Assembly: GCF_963921235.1 (NCBI RefSeq)
Contig: NC_086109.1
Span: forward strand, 10,666,001-10,730,000
Origin: Mobula hypostoma
Taxonomy: Eukaryota
Direction: 5' to 3'
Length of the DNA: 64,000 bases
Shown: one piece after another, positions 50,199 through 63,044 of the stretch
How positions within the stretch are numbered: the first letter of the stretch is position 1
How the letters are laid out: the number at the start of each line of letters is the position of its first letter
Made by a program: the position numbers and the translations under genes
Notes under the pieces: generated by a model
Databases searched by the model: none
Seen by the model: only the letters and a program-made list of their open reading frames with translations
Told to the model about the DNA's origin: nothing

Positions 50199-53100
50199 TA
50201 CGGTATCCGGTAATGAGTATGTACTTTGATAATAGATTTACTTTGAATTTTGTACTTTAGAGGATTCACCATGCCCTGGGTAAAGAAATTTCTTCTCCAT
50301 CCTGAATGGACCATGAGCAATTCTGCCTTTCCCCTCTATTCCCTTGAGTTTTAGTACATTTCAATGGGGTGATTCCTCAGTGTTTTCGGCAGGCTTGGGG
50401 GAGCCTACAATAGAAAGGCAGGAACTACGAAATTGGCAGAGTTTTGTAACGATAGGGTGGAAGGCAAACAGGTGCTCAGCACCATCTCCCTGCAGGGGGT
50501 TGGTCTCACTCTCCCGCTCGTTTGCAGCTGCTGGAGGAAAGTGTCTGCATGTGACGTCTCTCCCCCCCGCCCCCGTCCATCGCTCTCAGAGAAAGGTCCC
50601 TGTGTTTGAATGGTCTCTCTCCCTCTCACTCTATGCTGCCAGAGACCTGGCTCCTGGGCAAGGTTTAATCCATGTGGTTTGTAGATTAGACTCTGTAGTT
50701 CATATTATGATGCGTGTTTGGTTTCTGGTCACTCCTTTTTTGTTGCTATCCTGTGCGATTTTGACCGTGGCGTACTGGTTCTGTGGCCTGTGGTCAACAA
50801 ACGACACATCACCAGATTGAACTAAACTGAGCTGAACTGAATACGACTGGACTGCTTCAATAATCTGTGGTTTGGTGTTTTATACTCTTGTGCTTTCCGC
50901 TCATCTTTTTTGCCATTTGCTTGATTTTTTTTTTGCATGTAGAGGGTTTGCTGTTTTTCTTTCAACGGGTGCCGTGGTTGATAATAAATGTACTTTGAAC
51001 TTTAAATCTTTGAATGTAACTCAAGGTAGCATATGGATAATATATATGATGATATGATAATATATATGATGATAATGACATTGGTATCCAGATATGTAAG
51101 GTCGGATGGCAACTTGATCAGCTAGGTGCTGGAAACATTATGTTGATCTTTTTGGGTTTATAAAGTGAAAACTTTCCCATACGAGCTACCTCTCGCCCCT
51201 TCACTTCCTCCTCCCACTCGTCTTCACAACATTCCCATTACCTCCCTCTAGTTCCACACCTCCTTCCCTTTATTCCATAACGTACATCCTCTCCTATCAG
51301 ATTGCTTTTTCTTCAGCCCTTTGTCTTCCACCTATCACCACCCAGCTTCTCTCATCATTGCCTTTTGCTTTGCCTTTCCCCACCCTCCTACCTTCCCCTT
51401 CTCACCTCGACTCAAATCTCATCTTTGACCTCCTCCTCCTAACTTTTCATTCTGGCTTTTCCCCTCTTCCTTTCCAGTTCTGATGAAAGGCCTCAGCCTA
51501 TTCTCCTCCAGAGATACTGCCTGACCTGTTGATTTCCTAAAGCACGTTTTACATTGCTCTATATTCCAGCATCTTGTCAGTTTTTTGTCTGTTTATGTAC
51601 AGTTTCTTATAAATTCCATTGTATTTTTCCCCTGTAAATGCCTGCAAGAAAATGAGTCTCAACTTTGTACGTATATGGTAACATGTATGTACTTTAATAA
51701 TACATTTAATCTCTTGTGTCTTCTCATTGATTTCAAAATTCAAAGTATATTTATTATTGAAGTTTACTCAATACAACCTTGAGATTTGTCTTCTCATGGG
51801 CAGCGACAAAGCAAAGAAACCCAATGGAAGCTATGAAAAAAAATAAGACTGTCAAACACACAATGTGCAGAAAGAAAACAAATCGTGCAAACAATAAAAG
51901 TGGGCAAATAGCATTCAGATCTGAAGTTCACAAAAGTGAGTCCACAGCCACGAAGTCAGTCATCACTGCAGTGGATCCGGGAGCCCATTAGTTGTAGGCC
52001 GCAGCCTCAGTTCAGCGCAGAGACGGGTAAACCTCACTGAGTACCGAGCTGAACACTAGCCCATCCCTCTCCTTCGGCCCATCCGCCTTGACTTTTCAAT
52101 CCGGCCTGGTGCTTAAATCAGCCAAACATTGGGTCATTCCTCGTCCTCGGACCCAGGCCCTGCTGCTTTGGTATGTTCCTGGGCCTGATCCCTGCCACCA
52201 CGATTCGGCCTGTACCCAACCTTTCCAACCTGGCCCGGCACACAAACCAGCCAAACGGTGAGTCATTCTTTGATCTCCGGCCTGGGCCTCAGTTGCTTGC
52301 CTAGGTCCTGCCATGTCGAATTGCCTCCAAATCCACTCCAGCAATGGCCAAACATTGGTTCATTCCCCGTCCTCGGGCCCGGGTCTCGCCGCCTCGATTC
52401 ACCTCATACCAGCCACGCTGCAACCTTTCTGCACCTTTGAGACTTCAGTTCACACTGCCAGGTCACACAGGCAGTTCAAAAGCTCAGCTCTGAAAGGGAA
52501 GATTACACAGATAGTTTCCGGGAAAAGTGTGATTAATACAGAAATTAACCTCACTATTCCATTTCTCACCATCTTCTATTTCTGATGAGCAAGCTTATTA
52601 TTCACAGGTAATATAAAATGATTTCTCAGTGCATAAAATATGAGGTATCCGCCTCCCTTTTCTGTTCTGAATAAAAGCAACCTGTTATGTTAATTTTCTT
52701 CGAGTAATCTGCTGGAGGAACTCAGCAACTCGAGCAGCATTTTGGGGAAAGGAGTTGTCAGCGTTTTGGGTGGAAACGTCACATCAGGACCTTACATTGA
52801 AACCTTACATCATCAAATCTGCTGGGATAAATGAAGGCTCAATACTTGTGTGTCCAAATCCAAGTCCGAGGCTGGAGGCCAAAATGGTGGACTGTCATGT
52901 GTGTGTGTGCGGAACAGAGCTTGTTCTGCCATTGTTTCTTTGACGCTCGTTGTGTTCTGCCAAGCAATGTGGTCACACTATGTTGGAAGGTGCAGCAAAA
53001 CTTGCAGGCTGCCCCCAGCCCACCCTAGAGTGTGTTAGCTGTTAATGCAAACAACACACTTCACTCTAAGTTTTAATGTACACCACAAACATAAAGTTGA

Positions 53101-54683
53101 ATTTTGACCAGAAGAATTAACTGTCCATTTCCTCCCACAGATGTTGCAACAGAGTAGAGATATTCCACCATCTGTGATCTTGTATCCCTCCGTGTTAGTT
53201 CTCCTTCTTTCTCCACCTCTGCTCTCTATCCTGTTGAGTGTTTCCAATATTTTCTATTTTAATTTAGATTTTTAGCTTTTGCAGTTTAGTTACATTTCAC
53301 TTGTAAAGGAGGTTTACAAGAATGCCACTCAGCTTTAAGTGAATTTAGGAAGTTAGCACAGTTCCCTATGGAACAAAGAAGAGTAACAGCTACTCGAGTG
53401 GAGATCTTTGAGTTGTTGGCTGAGAACAAGATTGAATCATAGAAGAACAGGTCATTCAACTTCTCAAACTTGCTCTTTTGTTCAATACTAATCCTCTTTC
53501 TCAATAGGCACTCTATCCAGAGATGCCTTTTGGGCCTAGAAATCACATTCTTAAATACGTGGACAACTTTTTCTCCTCCATGATGCAAATTTCAAGTTTG
53601 TTTATCACAAGTACATCAAAGCATTCAGAGAAATGCATTGTTTACCTTAACAAGCAGCACACTCGAGGGTGTGCTGGGGGCAGCCCACAAGTGTCGCTAC
53701 ACATTTTTGTGCCAACATAGCACGCCCCAATGCTCGGCAGAATAACACAAAACAGAATAGAGCAAGCAATGAAACAACACCAGCAAGATGAGCCTCTTTC
53801 CTCCCTTGCTCCCACTCACATACACAGTTCTCTAACCCCCAAGACAGTTCATCTTCTTTGGCCTCCAGCCTCAGATTCAGACTCGGACATGCAGACATTG
53901 GGCCTTCTGCTACCCCAGTAGACCTTCAGAGATTCGCAGACCTGGGGCTCTGTCCAACAGACCCTGCTACTTTCTGTGGCAAAGAATTTCACTGGCTCAC
54001 CAATCTGGATGGTGGGGAGCCTACCATCCAGACCATGCTCTCTTCTCCCTGCTGTCATCAGGAAGGAAGTACAGGAGCCTCAGCACCCACGCCACCGGGT
54101 TCAGGGACAGTAATTACCCTTCAGTCATTAGACTCCTGAGCCAGCATGGAGACATTCACTCACCTTAACACTGAACTGATTCCACAACTTATGGACTCTC
54201 TTTCAAAGACTGGACAACTCATGTTCTCAATATTATTTATTTATTTATTATTGGTATTTGTTTTGCTGTTGTGTTTGTGTAGGTTGTCTTCTTTTCCACA
54301 TTGGTTGATTGTCTGTCTTTGTGTGTAGTTTTTCACTGATTCCATAGTATTTCTTGGTATCTACAGTGAATGGCCACAAGAAAATAAATCCCAGCGTAGG
54401 AAATGGAGAAATATACATGCTTTGATAATGAATTTACTTTGAACTTCCAACTTCGAGTCTCTGCCTAAAGAAATTTCTGCTCACCTCTGTCTTAAAATGC
54501 CTTAGCCTGTCTCGTGAGATGGTTATCTCTGGTTGTAGACACCCTATTCTAATCTAAGACAGCACTGGAGCGTGGCAACTCATTGTAAACCGTTCCCTGC
54601 GGTTGCACTGATTCCTTCTCCTATAATCCCTCTTCTCGTTTAAATCTAAATTATCTGTCTCTCAGAATTATGAATAATCTTAC

Positions 54684-54797
54684 CTGCACGGCACTTCGCC
54701 AGTAGCTTTCACACCTCTTTCTGCTTTTTTCATTGTTCACCACATTCTTGGGTGGCGGGGTGGAAATACATCTCTGCCAATGGACTTCTTCCCACCA
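54684..54797 (-). other. Candidate exon of an unidentified minus-strand gene (5' boundary uncertain)
   Basis: Strong donor CAG|GTAAGA at 54684; open frame WWEEVHWQRCISTPPPKNVVNNEKSRKRCESYWRSAVQ; weak acceptor. Confidence 0.3.
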
Positions 54798-56577
54798 CTA
54801 GACTGCAGGTCATGCTTGGGTGAGTGTAGCACCTGATCTGTGATGCGGCACATAATGAACGAACCATATTCTAGCTCAGTGCACTGTGTAATGAACAGCA
54901 TGCAAGACAAGCCTCTCACTGTATCTTGGGCATCATCATTATGTGCCGTGCCGTATGACATTATCATTATGTGCCATGTCGTATGATGTGGGCGATCATA
55001 GTCTCATGACCATGATTGTTCCTGCTAAGTTTTTCTACGGAAGTGGTTTGTCATTGCCACCTTCTGGGCAGTGTCTTTACAAGACGGGTAACCCCAGCCA
55101 TTATCAATACTCATCAGAGACTGCCTGCCTGGCGTCAGTGGTCGTGTAACCAGGACTTGTGAATGCACCAGCTGCTCATATGACCATCCACCATTTGCTC
55201 CCGGATCGTGGGCAGGGGGGGGGATAAGTATTTTCTTGGGTGACCTGCAGGCTAGCAGAGGGGAGGAGTGCCATACACCTCCTTTGGAAAAGACATATCT
55301 CCACACTGCCACAGAAGTATCTCGGTACACGTGACAATAATTAACCAATACCAATACTATTCAGGAGAAACACTGACCATGTATCCAGGCTGTCTAGCTC
55401 TGAAAGAATTTTGAACATTTCAGTGAGAATTCATCTCCCTTTTATGAAATCTAACGAACAGAAACATAATCTGATCTCCCCTCACATGGCAGTCTTGTCA
55501 TTCCAGTAATAAGTCTGGTGAAACTTTCCTGCTCTCCTTCTATAGTATTCCCTTCTTAAGTGAAGGAGCCATGAATCTGTTCTCTATCTGCATTGTATTC
55601 TGTGTTGTGCATTTGTTCTGTTTATTACAGTAACTAGTCACATGAGTAGGGGTGTGGTAAAAGTGAAGGGAATAAGTCACGTCTTCACACTTTGTTCATG
55701 GCAATGTGCAGCTGGGGACCAACGGATGTCATATTTTTTGTTGACCACTCAATAAAGCTCAATTACTCAAGTTTAATTGTTTCAAGATTGTTTGTTTACT
55801 AGCTGCTAATAAATGATCGAACACATTTCTTCGACTTCTGGAACAATCATGATTGGAGCAGAGGGCAAATCATACAAGTATAACAAATCTGTGGTGGGGG
55901 GGGGCGTCAGCAGCGCAGCAGTTTGGTTTGATTAGAATTGGCCGCTACGTTAGGTAAGGAGATTGACACTCACCAAGGCTCTACGGAGGTGGGAGAAGCA
56001 AATTGCTGGAAGAACTCGTCGGCACAGGCAGCATCTGCAGAGGTAAGTGCACCATCGACTCCTTGGGTTGATATCCTTCATAAGGTTCCAAGGGTCTCAA
56101 CCGGAAGCACCCACTGACTGATTTCTTCTGCGGATGCTGCCCAACCCGCTGAGTTCCTCCAGCAGTTTGCTTTAGCTTCAGATTCCTGCATCTGCGGACT
56201 CTCGTGTCTTGGCCCGTGGCTAAAGAAATCTGGCACATCCCCTGAACAAATTTTATAGATGCCCATCCGATGCATCTGGGCTTGTTACGCCAACTGCTCT
56301 GCCAGAGACCACAAGAAACTGCAGGGAGTTGTGAACACAGCTCAGTACATCTTGGAAACCGGCCTCCCCTCCATGGACTGTCCACACTTCTCACATCCTC
56401 AGAAAAGCACAACAGAGTCAAAGATCCCACCCACCTCGGACATTCTCTCTCCTCCACTCTCCCATCGGGCAAAAAATACAGAAGCCAGAAATCACGTCCT
56501 GCCAGGCTCAAGGAGAGCTTCTACTCTACTGAGCAATACTGACATGGCACAGAATGATAAAATGGACCTTTTACCTC

Positions 56578-56688
56578 TTTCTTTCAGATAGTCCTGACGA
56601 ACGGTCTCGGCCCGAAACATCGACTGTACTCCTTCCTATAGATGCTGCCTGGCCTGCTGCGTTCACCAGCAACTTTTATGTGTGTTCT
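56578..56688 (+). mobile_element. 111-bp Penelope-pLTR-derived insert carrying the best-preserved hammerhead motif
   Basis: 9-bp TSD ttttacctc (56569-56577, 56689-56697); near-identical to the 34789-34879 insert. Confidence 0.88.
56589..56626 (+). ncRNA. Minimal type I hammerhead ribozyme motif
   Basis: UAGUC-CUGACGA-A-CGGucucggCCC-GAAAC-AUC-GACUG: stem I uaguc/gacug and both conserved boxes present. Two substitutions relative to the family consensus (stem II, and ACGU to ACAU). Confidence 0.7.
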
Positions 56689-57279
56689 TTTTACCTCATT
56701 ACAGCCTTGCACCTTACAGTCTGCCTTCACTACACTTTCTCTGGAACTGTAACACTTTATTCTGCATTCCGTTATTGCAAACGGCCTTATGTTCTTTAAT
56801 TTTATTTTCCAACTTACATTATGGTAAAAGGCCCTTCTGGCCCAACGAGCCCATGCTGTTCAATTACACCCATGTGACCTGTATGTCTTTGGAAAGTGAG
56901 AGGAAACTGGAGCACCTGGAGGAAACCCATATGGTTACAGGAAGGACGTGCAAACTCCTTACATTTAATGGCGAGAATTTAACTCAGGTCATTGGCACTG
57001 TAAAGCGTTATGCTAACTGCTACATTAGCGCAAATGGTCGTGATTGAGGAAGAAAGGTCGTAGATTATTTATCTAACACTGGCTTTGAAAAAAATACCTA
57101 GTTATTCATTCCTTGAAAAGAAATATCCAAGTTTTGGCATTTAGGAACAGGAGCAGGACATTCACCCCCCTGAGCAGACCCACCATGTACTTATTGTTAT
57201 TTATTTGCTTGGAGGTACAGCATGGGACAGGCCCTTCCAGTGCACTGGGCTGCTCTGCCCAGCACCCCACCCGCATTCA

Positions 57280-57480
57280 ACACTAGCCTCATCACAGAAC
57301 AATTTACAAAGACAGATTAACCGACTAACCGGTACGTTTTTGGACTGTAGGTGGAAACTGGAAAATCCAGAGGATACCCACACGGTTCATGGGGAGAATG
57401 TACGAACTCCTTACGGATGGCACTGGAATTGAACTCTGAACTCCAGAGCTCCAGCGCGTGCTAACCGCCACCCTCCCATG
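57280..57480 (-). mobile_element. V-SINE (HE1-like)
   Basis: Reverse complement shows agttcaattcc B box and gtgtgggtatcctctggattttccagtttccacctacagtccaaaaac. Confidence 0.75.
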
Positions 57481-58009
57481 GTGTGTCTTATCTGTAGTTT
57501 AACCTCATTTAGCTGCCCGGGATCCATGTCCCACCAAAAAAAAAATTAACAAATCCCTTAATAATCTCAGCTGAAATTCTCTTCATCTTAAACGCATTGA
57601 CTGAGCGAATTTGAGATTTTTCCATAGACCTGTGAAAGTTTTCCTTTACAATCATTCATCCAAGTCTCTCTGAAAGCGTGTCCCATAAACATGCTAGGTC
57701 CTAAATCACTTTTTACCTATTCCTGAAACCATACCTCATTCAATGCAATAAATCAGTCTCTAGTGGTCTGCATTGGCTTTTTAACTAGGCACTGACACTG
57801 GTTCACTTATCCTTACAGTGAAATTAGAGGATTTTGTGTTAGCGATGCTTTCCCAGTGCCATGAAATGCATGCTATATGTAATTCAGGTCTGAGAAGCAT
57901 TGAAGGACAGGGAGTTCTGTTGCTGCTGAGATGCTAAGCTCAGTGCCAGATAAGAGGGCTTGGATTTCTTTGGCTGAACAAATATTACACTGGTGCATTG
58001 TTGAAATTC

Positions 58010-58500
58010 ATCCGTTCGGCTTGAGTTTGCTCTGGCATTCCACCATGGCAGATTTATTATCCCTCTCGATCCCATTCGCCTACCTTCTCCCCGTAACCTT
58101 TGATACCCTGACCATTCAAGAACTGTTCGACCTCCGCTTTAAATATACCCAATGACTTGGCCTCCATAGCCGTCCGTGGCAATAAATTCCACAGATTCAC
58201 CACCCTCTGGCTAGAGAAATTCCTCCTCACCTCTGTTCTAAATAGACGCCCCTCTATTCTGAGACTGTGCCCTCTGGTCCTAGGCTCAGCCAATGTAGGA
58301 AACATCCTCTCCACATCCACTCTATCTAGGCCTTTCAATATTCGATAGGTTTCAACAAGATTCCACCCCCCCTCCCATTCTTCTAATCTCTAGCCAGAGC
58401 CATCAAATGATCCTCATATGTTAACCCTTTCATTCCCAGACTCTTTCTCATGAACCTCTTCTGGACCCTCCCCAATGCAAGCACGTCCTTTTTTAGATTC
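58010..58500 (-). mobile_element. CR1 3' fragment
   Basis: KGLDRVDVERMFP...RTRGHSLRIEGRLFRTEVRRNFSSQRVVNLWN. Confidence 0.9.
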
Positions 58501-60229
58501 ATTGGCCTTCATCTTTCGAGTACCGATAGGTCATGACTATAGCTTTAATGCTGTCGTAGAGCAAAGATAGATGGCGATGAACCTGAGGAAGGTGTTCCAC
58601 AGCTTCTGATAGAATCATTGAGGTATGTAGCATAGAAACAAGCCCCTTGGCCCAAGTTGCCCATTCTGTCCAATATGTCTCTCAGAGCTAATCCCACTTG
58701 CCTCTGCTTGACTCATAATCCCTCAAAATTCTTCCACTCATCTCTCTGTCTAAATGTCTTTTAATGATTCAAAGGCTTGAGTGAGGTCACTGAAATGTCA
58801 GTACAGTAGCTGTTTCGGTTCTGTGGATTTTTCTTGGCGATGTGTGCGGCGAAGTCTGTGCCCCTGAATGGGTGGACCATGGATGATCCGGGAGCAGCTC
58901 TTCACTGTGTGATTCCAGGGTCACATTGGGCAGGCCGCATCACTCATAGACCCCACTTTCCCTCTACCTTTTACGCTTTCACGGGGAGATGGCCGGTATA
59001 AAGAGGCGAGGGGAGGGGTCGGGCAAGAGCTGGCATACGATAGGTGGGTCCAGGTGAGGAAGAGGTGATTGGCAGATGGAGTCAGGAGGGGGGAGGCAGG
59101 CTGTAGAGGCAATCTCCACAATCCCGTGGTTCACCGGCTGCATCACAGCCTGGTATGGAAACACCAATGTCCTTGAATGGAAAATCCCAGAAAATGTAGT
59201 GGATACGGCCCAGACCATCACGGGGAAAGCCCCGCAGGTTAGGTAGCATCTCTGCAGAGAGAAACATGGCTAATAATTTGGTGGTCAGTTGGAATCCCAC
59301 CCCAGCATTGGGCTCATCTACACGGAGTGGTGCGGCAGCAATGCAGCATCCACCATCAAGGACCGCACCGCCGCCCCACCACCACCCAGGTCACACTCTC
59401 ACTGCTGCAGGCAGCACAGGAGCCTCAGGATCCCACTGCCAGGTTCAGGGACAGTTACCCTGTGTTCTTCGGGCACAGAGCTCGGAAGAAGCGACGCAAC
59501 AGGCCTTTAACATCGCAAATCAGCGAGCTGCTTGTGTCTCCCGTCTCGCTGTGAAATGGGGCCGCCTCTTTTTCCCTTATTCGGGAGAGAGAGAGCCTGT
59601 GGTACATCAAATTACCAGGTGAACGAGTAATCTTTGGGGTACTGCAGGTCTATGTCTTTATTGATGTTTTGCTGCTCGAGTACATGAGTGTTCTGTGGGA
59701 GGGGGGAGCCGATGGTTTTTTTATTGGTGGGGGAGGGGTTGTTGCTTTGGTGCTGCTTATGTGTGGGTGGGGGAAGCTGGGGGGGGCTTTGGGGTTCTAA
59801 CATCTGTCATTCATTCTTTGAGCCACTCCTCTGTTTTCATGGATGTTTGCGAAGAAAAAGAATTTCAGGATGAATAATTGTACACATTCCTCTGACACTG
59901 AATGTGCCATTGAAAACCATCAGGCTCTCGAACCAGAAGGGATAACTTCACTTCTCCCATCACTGAACTGTTCCCACACACTATAGACTCACTTTTGAAG
60001 GATTCTTCACCTCAAGTTCTCAATATTTACTGCTTATTTATTATTCACACTGGTTGTCTGCCCTGTTGCAGTCTTTAATTGATTCTATTACCATTATTGG
60101 ATCTAATGAGAACGACAGCAAGGAAATGAATCTCAGGGCTGTTTATGGTGACATATATGAACTTTGATAATAAATTTACTTTGAACAAAGGTTTGCCTCG
60201 GATGGAACCTGAGCAGCCTCCTTTCTTAC

Positions 60230-61150
60230 GGACTCCAGCACCGCAGTCCTTAATTGCCTGCACCCATCTCCCCAGCAGTCGGGTAATTTGTATTAATCCA
60301 TCCAACGTTGCATACGCCAAGCACGCAACAGAGGAGACGCGGGGGTTTATCTACCATCCTCCTATAACCGCTCAGCCTTCTTGCTGCATCGCCCGTCAGC
60401 TTCTGCGGAAGTGTGCATTGATATCGTTGGTGGCTTTCGTTAACCGCGGATTTCCGAATTCCGGCCCTGGTGGCGTGACTGAATTTCAGCCGGAGAGAAG
60501 CACGTGGTGTTCACGGCCGGGCTGCCCGTTCAACGCTGCCGCAGATCTCCGTGTTTTGCGGATGAGGTGATTATTGAAGGTCCACGGCCCCTCTCGGGAG
60601 GAACGCGTGTAAAATCCCTCAACGCTGTTATCCACGAACACGCCCACATTCACTTGCCAGTGGGTGCCCACCCCGTTCTCACTCACTTTTTAATGCCACA
60701 GTGGAGCTTTCTCGCGGACTCGGAGTCTTGTGAGGGACGTGGCAGCCTCTAAATAAATGCAATTGCTTTCAATACTTAATCCTAAAGACCGATGTTTACT
60801 TTGCAAATCGGGCGGCGGGTGTTGTTTTTTTTTATTGACATATCTGCGTTGCTTACACCTTCTGGTACGTATCCCCCCCCAAATAAAAAAGTTTCCCCTC
60901 TCCCTCTGCCCCTGCCCAGTCAATCTTGCCAGCACGAACTCGTCAGGGTCACAGTGGCTGGCGAGACGCGTTCTTGTCAATTTCCTCTTCCTTCGCCCGC
61001 AGCGCGCAGGCGCGGGCCGCCGCCGGTTTGATACATTTTAACCGGGCGTCAGTTTCACTACAGTGGCGAATGAATAGGAGGGAATCTGCAATTGAGGAAG
61101 CAGTTTACATCATGACTTCTACGAATGAAGATCATGTTGCAGGTACGTAG
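60230..61150. promoter_or_regulatory. CpG island / probable promoter
   Basis: The only long CpG-rich non-repetitive stretch in the window; E-box CACGTG (60501-60506), GC-box-like gggcggcggg (~60810), NRF1-like CGCGCAGGCGCG (61003-61014). Confidence 0.75.
61070..61142 (+). CDS. Probable first coding exon of an unidentified gene
   Basis: MNRRESAIEEAVYIMTSTNEDHVA followed by the donor CAG|GTACGT, at the 3' edge of the CpG island; the second ATG (61112) has A at -3. Confidence 0.5.
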
Positions 61151-63044
61151 AGTGCGAGCGTGTTACCTCTGCATGTTGCCCTTTCTTTCCCACCCTGTTT
61201 TGTCTTGTTTGGGGAAAATACCTTGAAGGCAACCCCGTTTTATTCCAAACTTCCATCTCGCTAAACTTTCCTTAGAACTTTAATTTTGAAAAAAAAAGAA
61301 CACAACAATTCGTTTGAGTGAAAAGTTTTTGGCTACGGTAGAGGGGTCGACGGTGCGGAAGAAATGCCATCTGGAGAGGGGGCTCGCAGTGTTTTTAACG
61401 TGACGTTATGCTTTGGAAACAAAAGCTAGTGATTCCTGTTTAAGACAAAGTTGAAGGTGCTCTTATTGAGCAAATCATTTGGAATAGCTCAAATCTGCCG
61501 TAGGTTAGTCCGTGGTTCTATCCATAGATTATTTCCTTCTAGTTGAAATCTCCCAAACATAAAAGATCGCGGTGCCAGGAATCGTGAATTTTCTTCATTT
61601 TAAATCGTGTTGATTAGAATTTCTTCTCCCGCCCCCTCTCTTCCAATTTCTTTCTTTACGTTATTTTCCGGATTACAGTCGTTAGGTGTGGCAAACCTGT
61701 GTATTTTAACTAGCTTTTTTAAAATGTAAATTTAAACAAAAGGTCTTGGAGCCAAATGACAAAAGCGGGAGATTATGTCGTGGCTTTATTTTACCTACAG
61801 CGATTTAACGAGAGCTGTCCTGCTAAAGGCTCTTTGGAGATTGTAGTTTTTGCCTCCTGTGTTTATAATCTGGGACCATTAACCGCCCCCCCCCCCCCTC
61901 CGACAATAGCATCCGATTAAAACCTCCACATTTGAGTGACAGCCTAATTTTATTGTTAGTTTGGAGGCTGTTGATTCGTCTCTTCCGTGTAAGCATTACA
62001 GAGAACTGTCGTCAAGTTGTTTTTTTAACTGCTTTGCTGATTTTTTTATGGTTTTCTTGGCCAGGTTAATAAATAACAGAGCAGTATGAAACGGCCATTG
62101 TATGCCAACTCCACAGGTTTGAATACTTCAATAATAAATTACGTAGTATTTCGCGTACCAAGGCAGAAAACTAATGTATTGGTTACACTGGATGGGCGCC
62201 AAGGAGAACCTCCGGGTTTATTCGGGGCGAAATTGTGTTCCGGCTGTTTTTTTGTGTGTCATTTCTGACACGGGCATTGTTCCCATTCCTGATCACCATC
62301 TAGTGGGATTGTATGCTAAAAACCTTGCTCCCCTTTCTGTTCCCATCTCCTCTATTCCGTTCACTTGTCATTAATTCCTGCCATCCGTCCAACGATCTCT
62401 TTAACACCCTACCACCAGGAGGGAGATACGGTACTCTAGGACCAGAACTGTTGGGTTGGAAAAGGGCTGCTCCCTCCAGCCTGGGAGACGACTGAACTCC
62501 CTGCCACCACCCACGTCTCTTCATTAATGAAGCGTTCTTCTATATACTTTTTAACTTGTGTCTTAAGTGCATCTTGTTACTTGTTAGTTTATTTGTGGTA
62601 GTATTATCCTAAAGAGTTGCATGTGAGCTATATCTACTGTGTTGTGCACCTCAGTCGGGAGGAACATTTCATTTGGGCGGTATACATCTGTACCGTTGAA
62701 TGACAATAAACTTGAACTTTTTGAAAACTACCTTGAGGTATTTATCTCTGGCAGGGTCTGCCTGGATGGTATGCAGAACTAAAACTTTCCATTGTATCTA
62801 GATGTTTGTGTCAATAATTAACTGATACCTGTACTCTTGTCCTAGATCCTCTGTCCCATCGACAATTGCTGTGTTACTGACACAGGTAAAGGATCGTACC
62901 AAAAAGTTCACTCAGAACCGAATTTGTCCAAACACTGACTTAGATACGGTGAGATTTGTTGTTTTGCAGCAACAGTACAGGGAAGCATATTCAATCACCG
63001 TAAATTACGTGAATAAATAGTGTCAAAGAAAGGAATAATAAATC

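Noticed and set aside
53286..53588. 100-aa minus-strand ORF as a possible exon
   Set aside because: The plus strand looks like an old CR1-type remnant (RRFTRM...EQRR..EIF) and splice signals are weak.
60145..61041. Multiple overlapping ORFs in the CpG island
   Set aside because: Expected from high GC content; no recognisable protein features.
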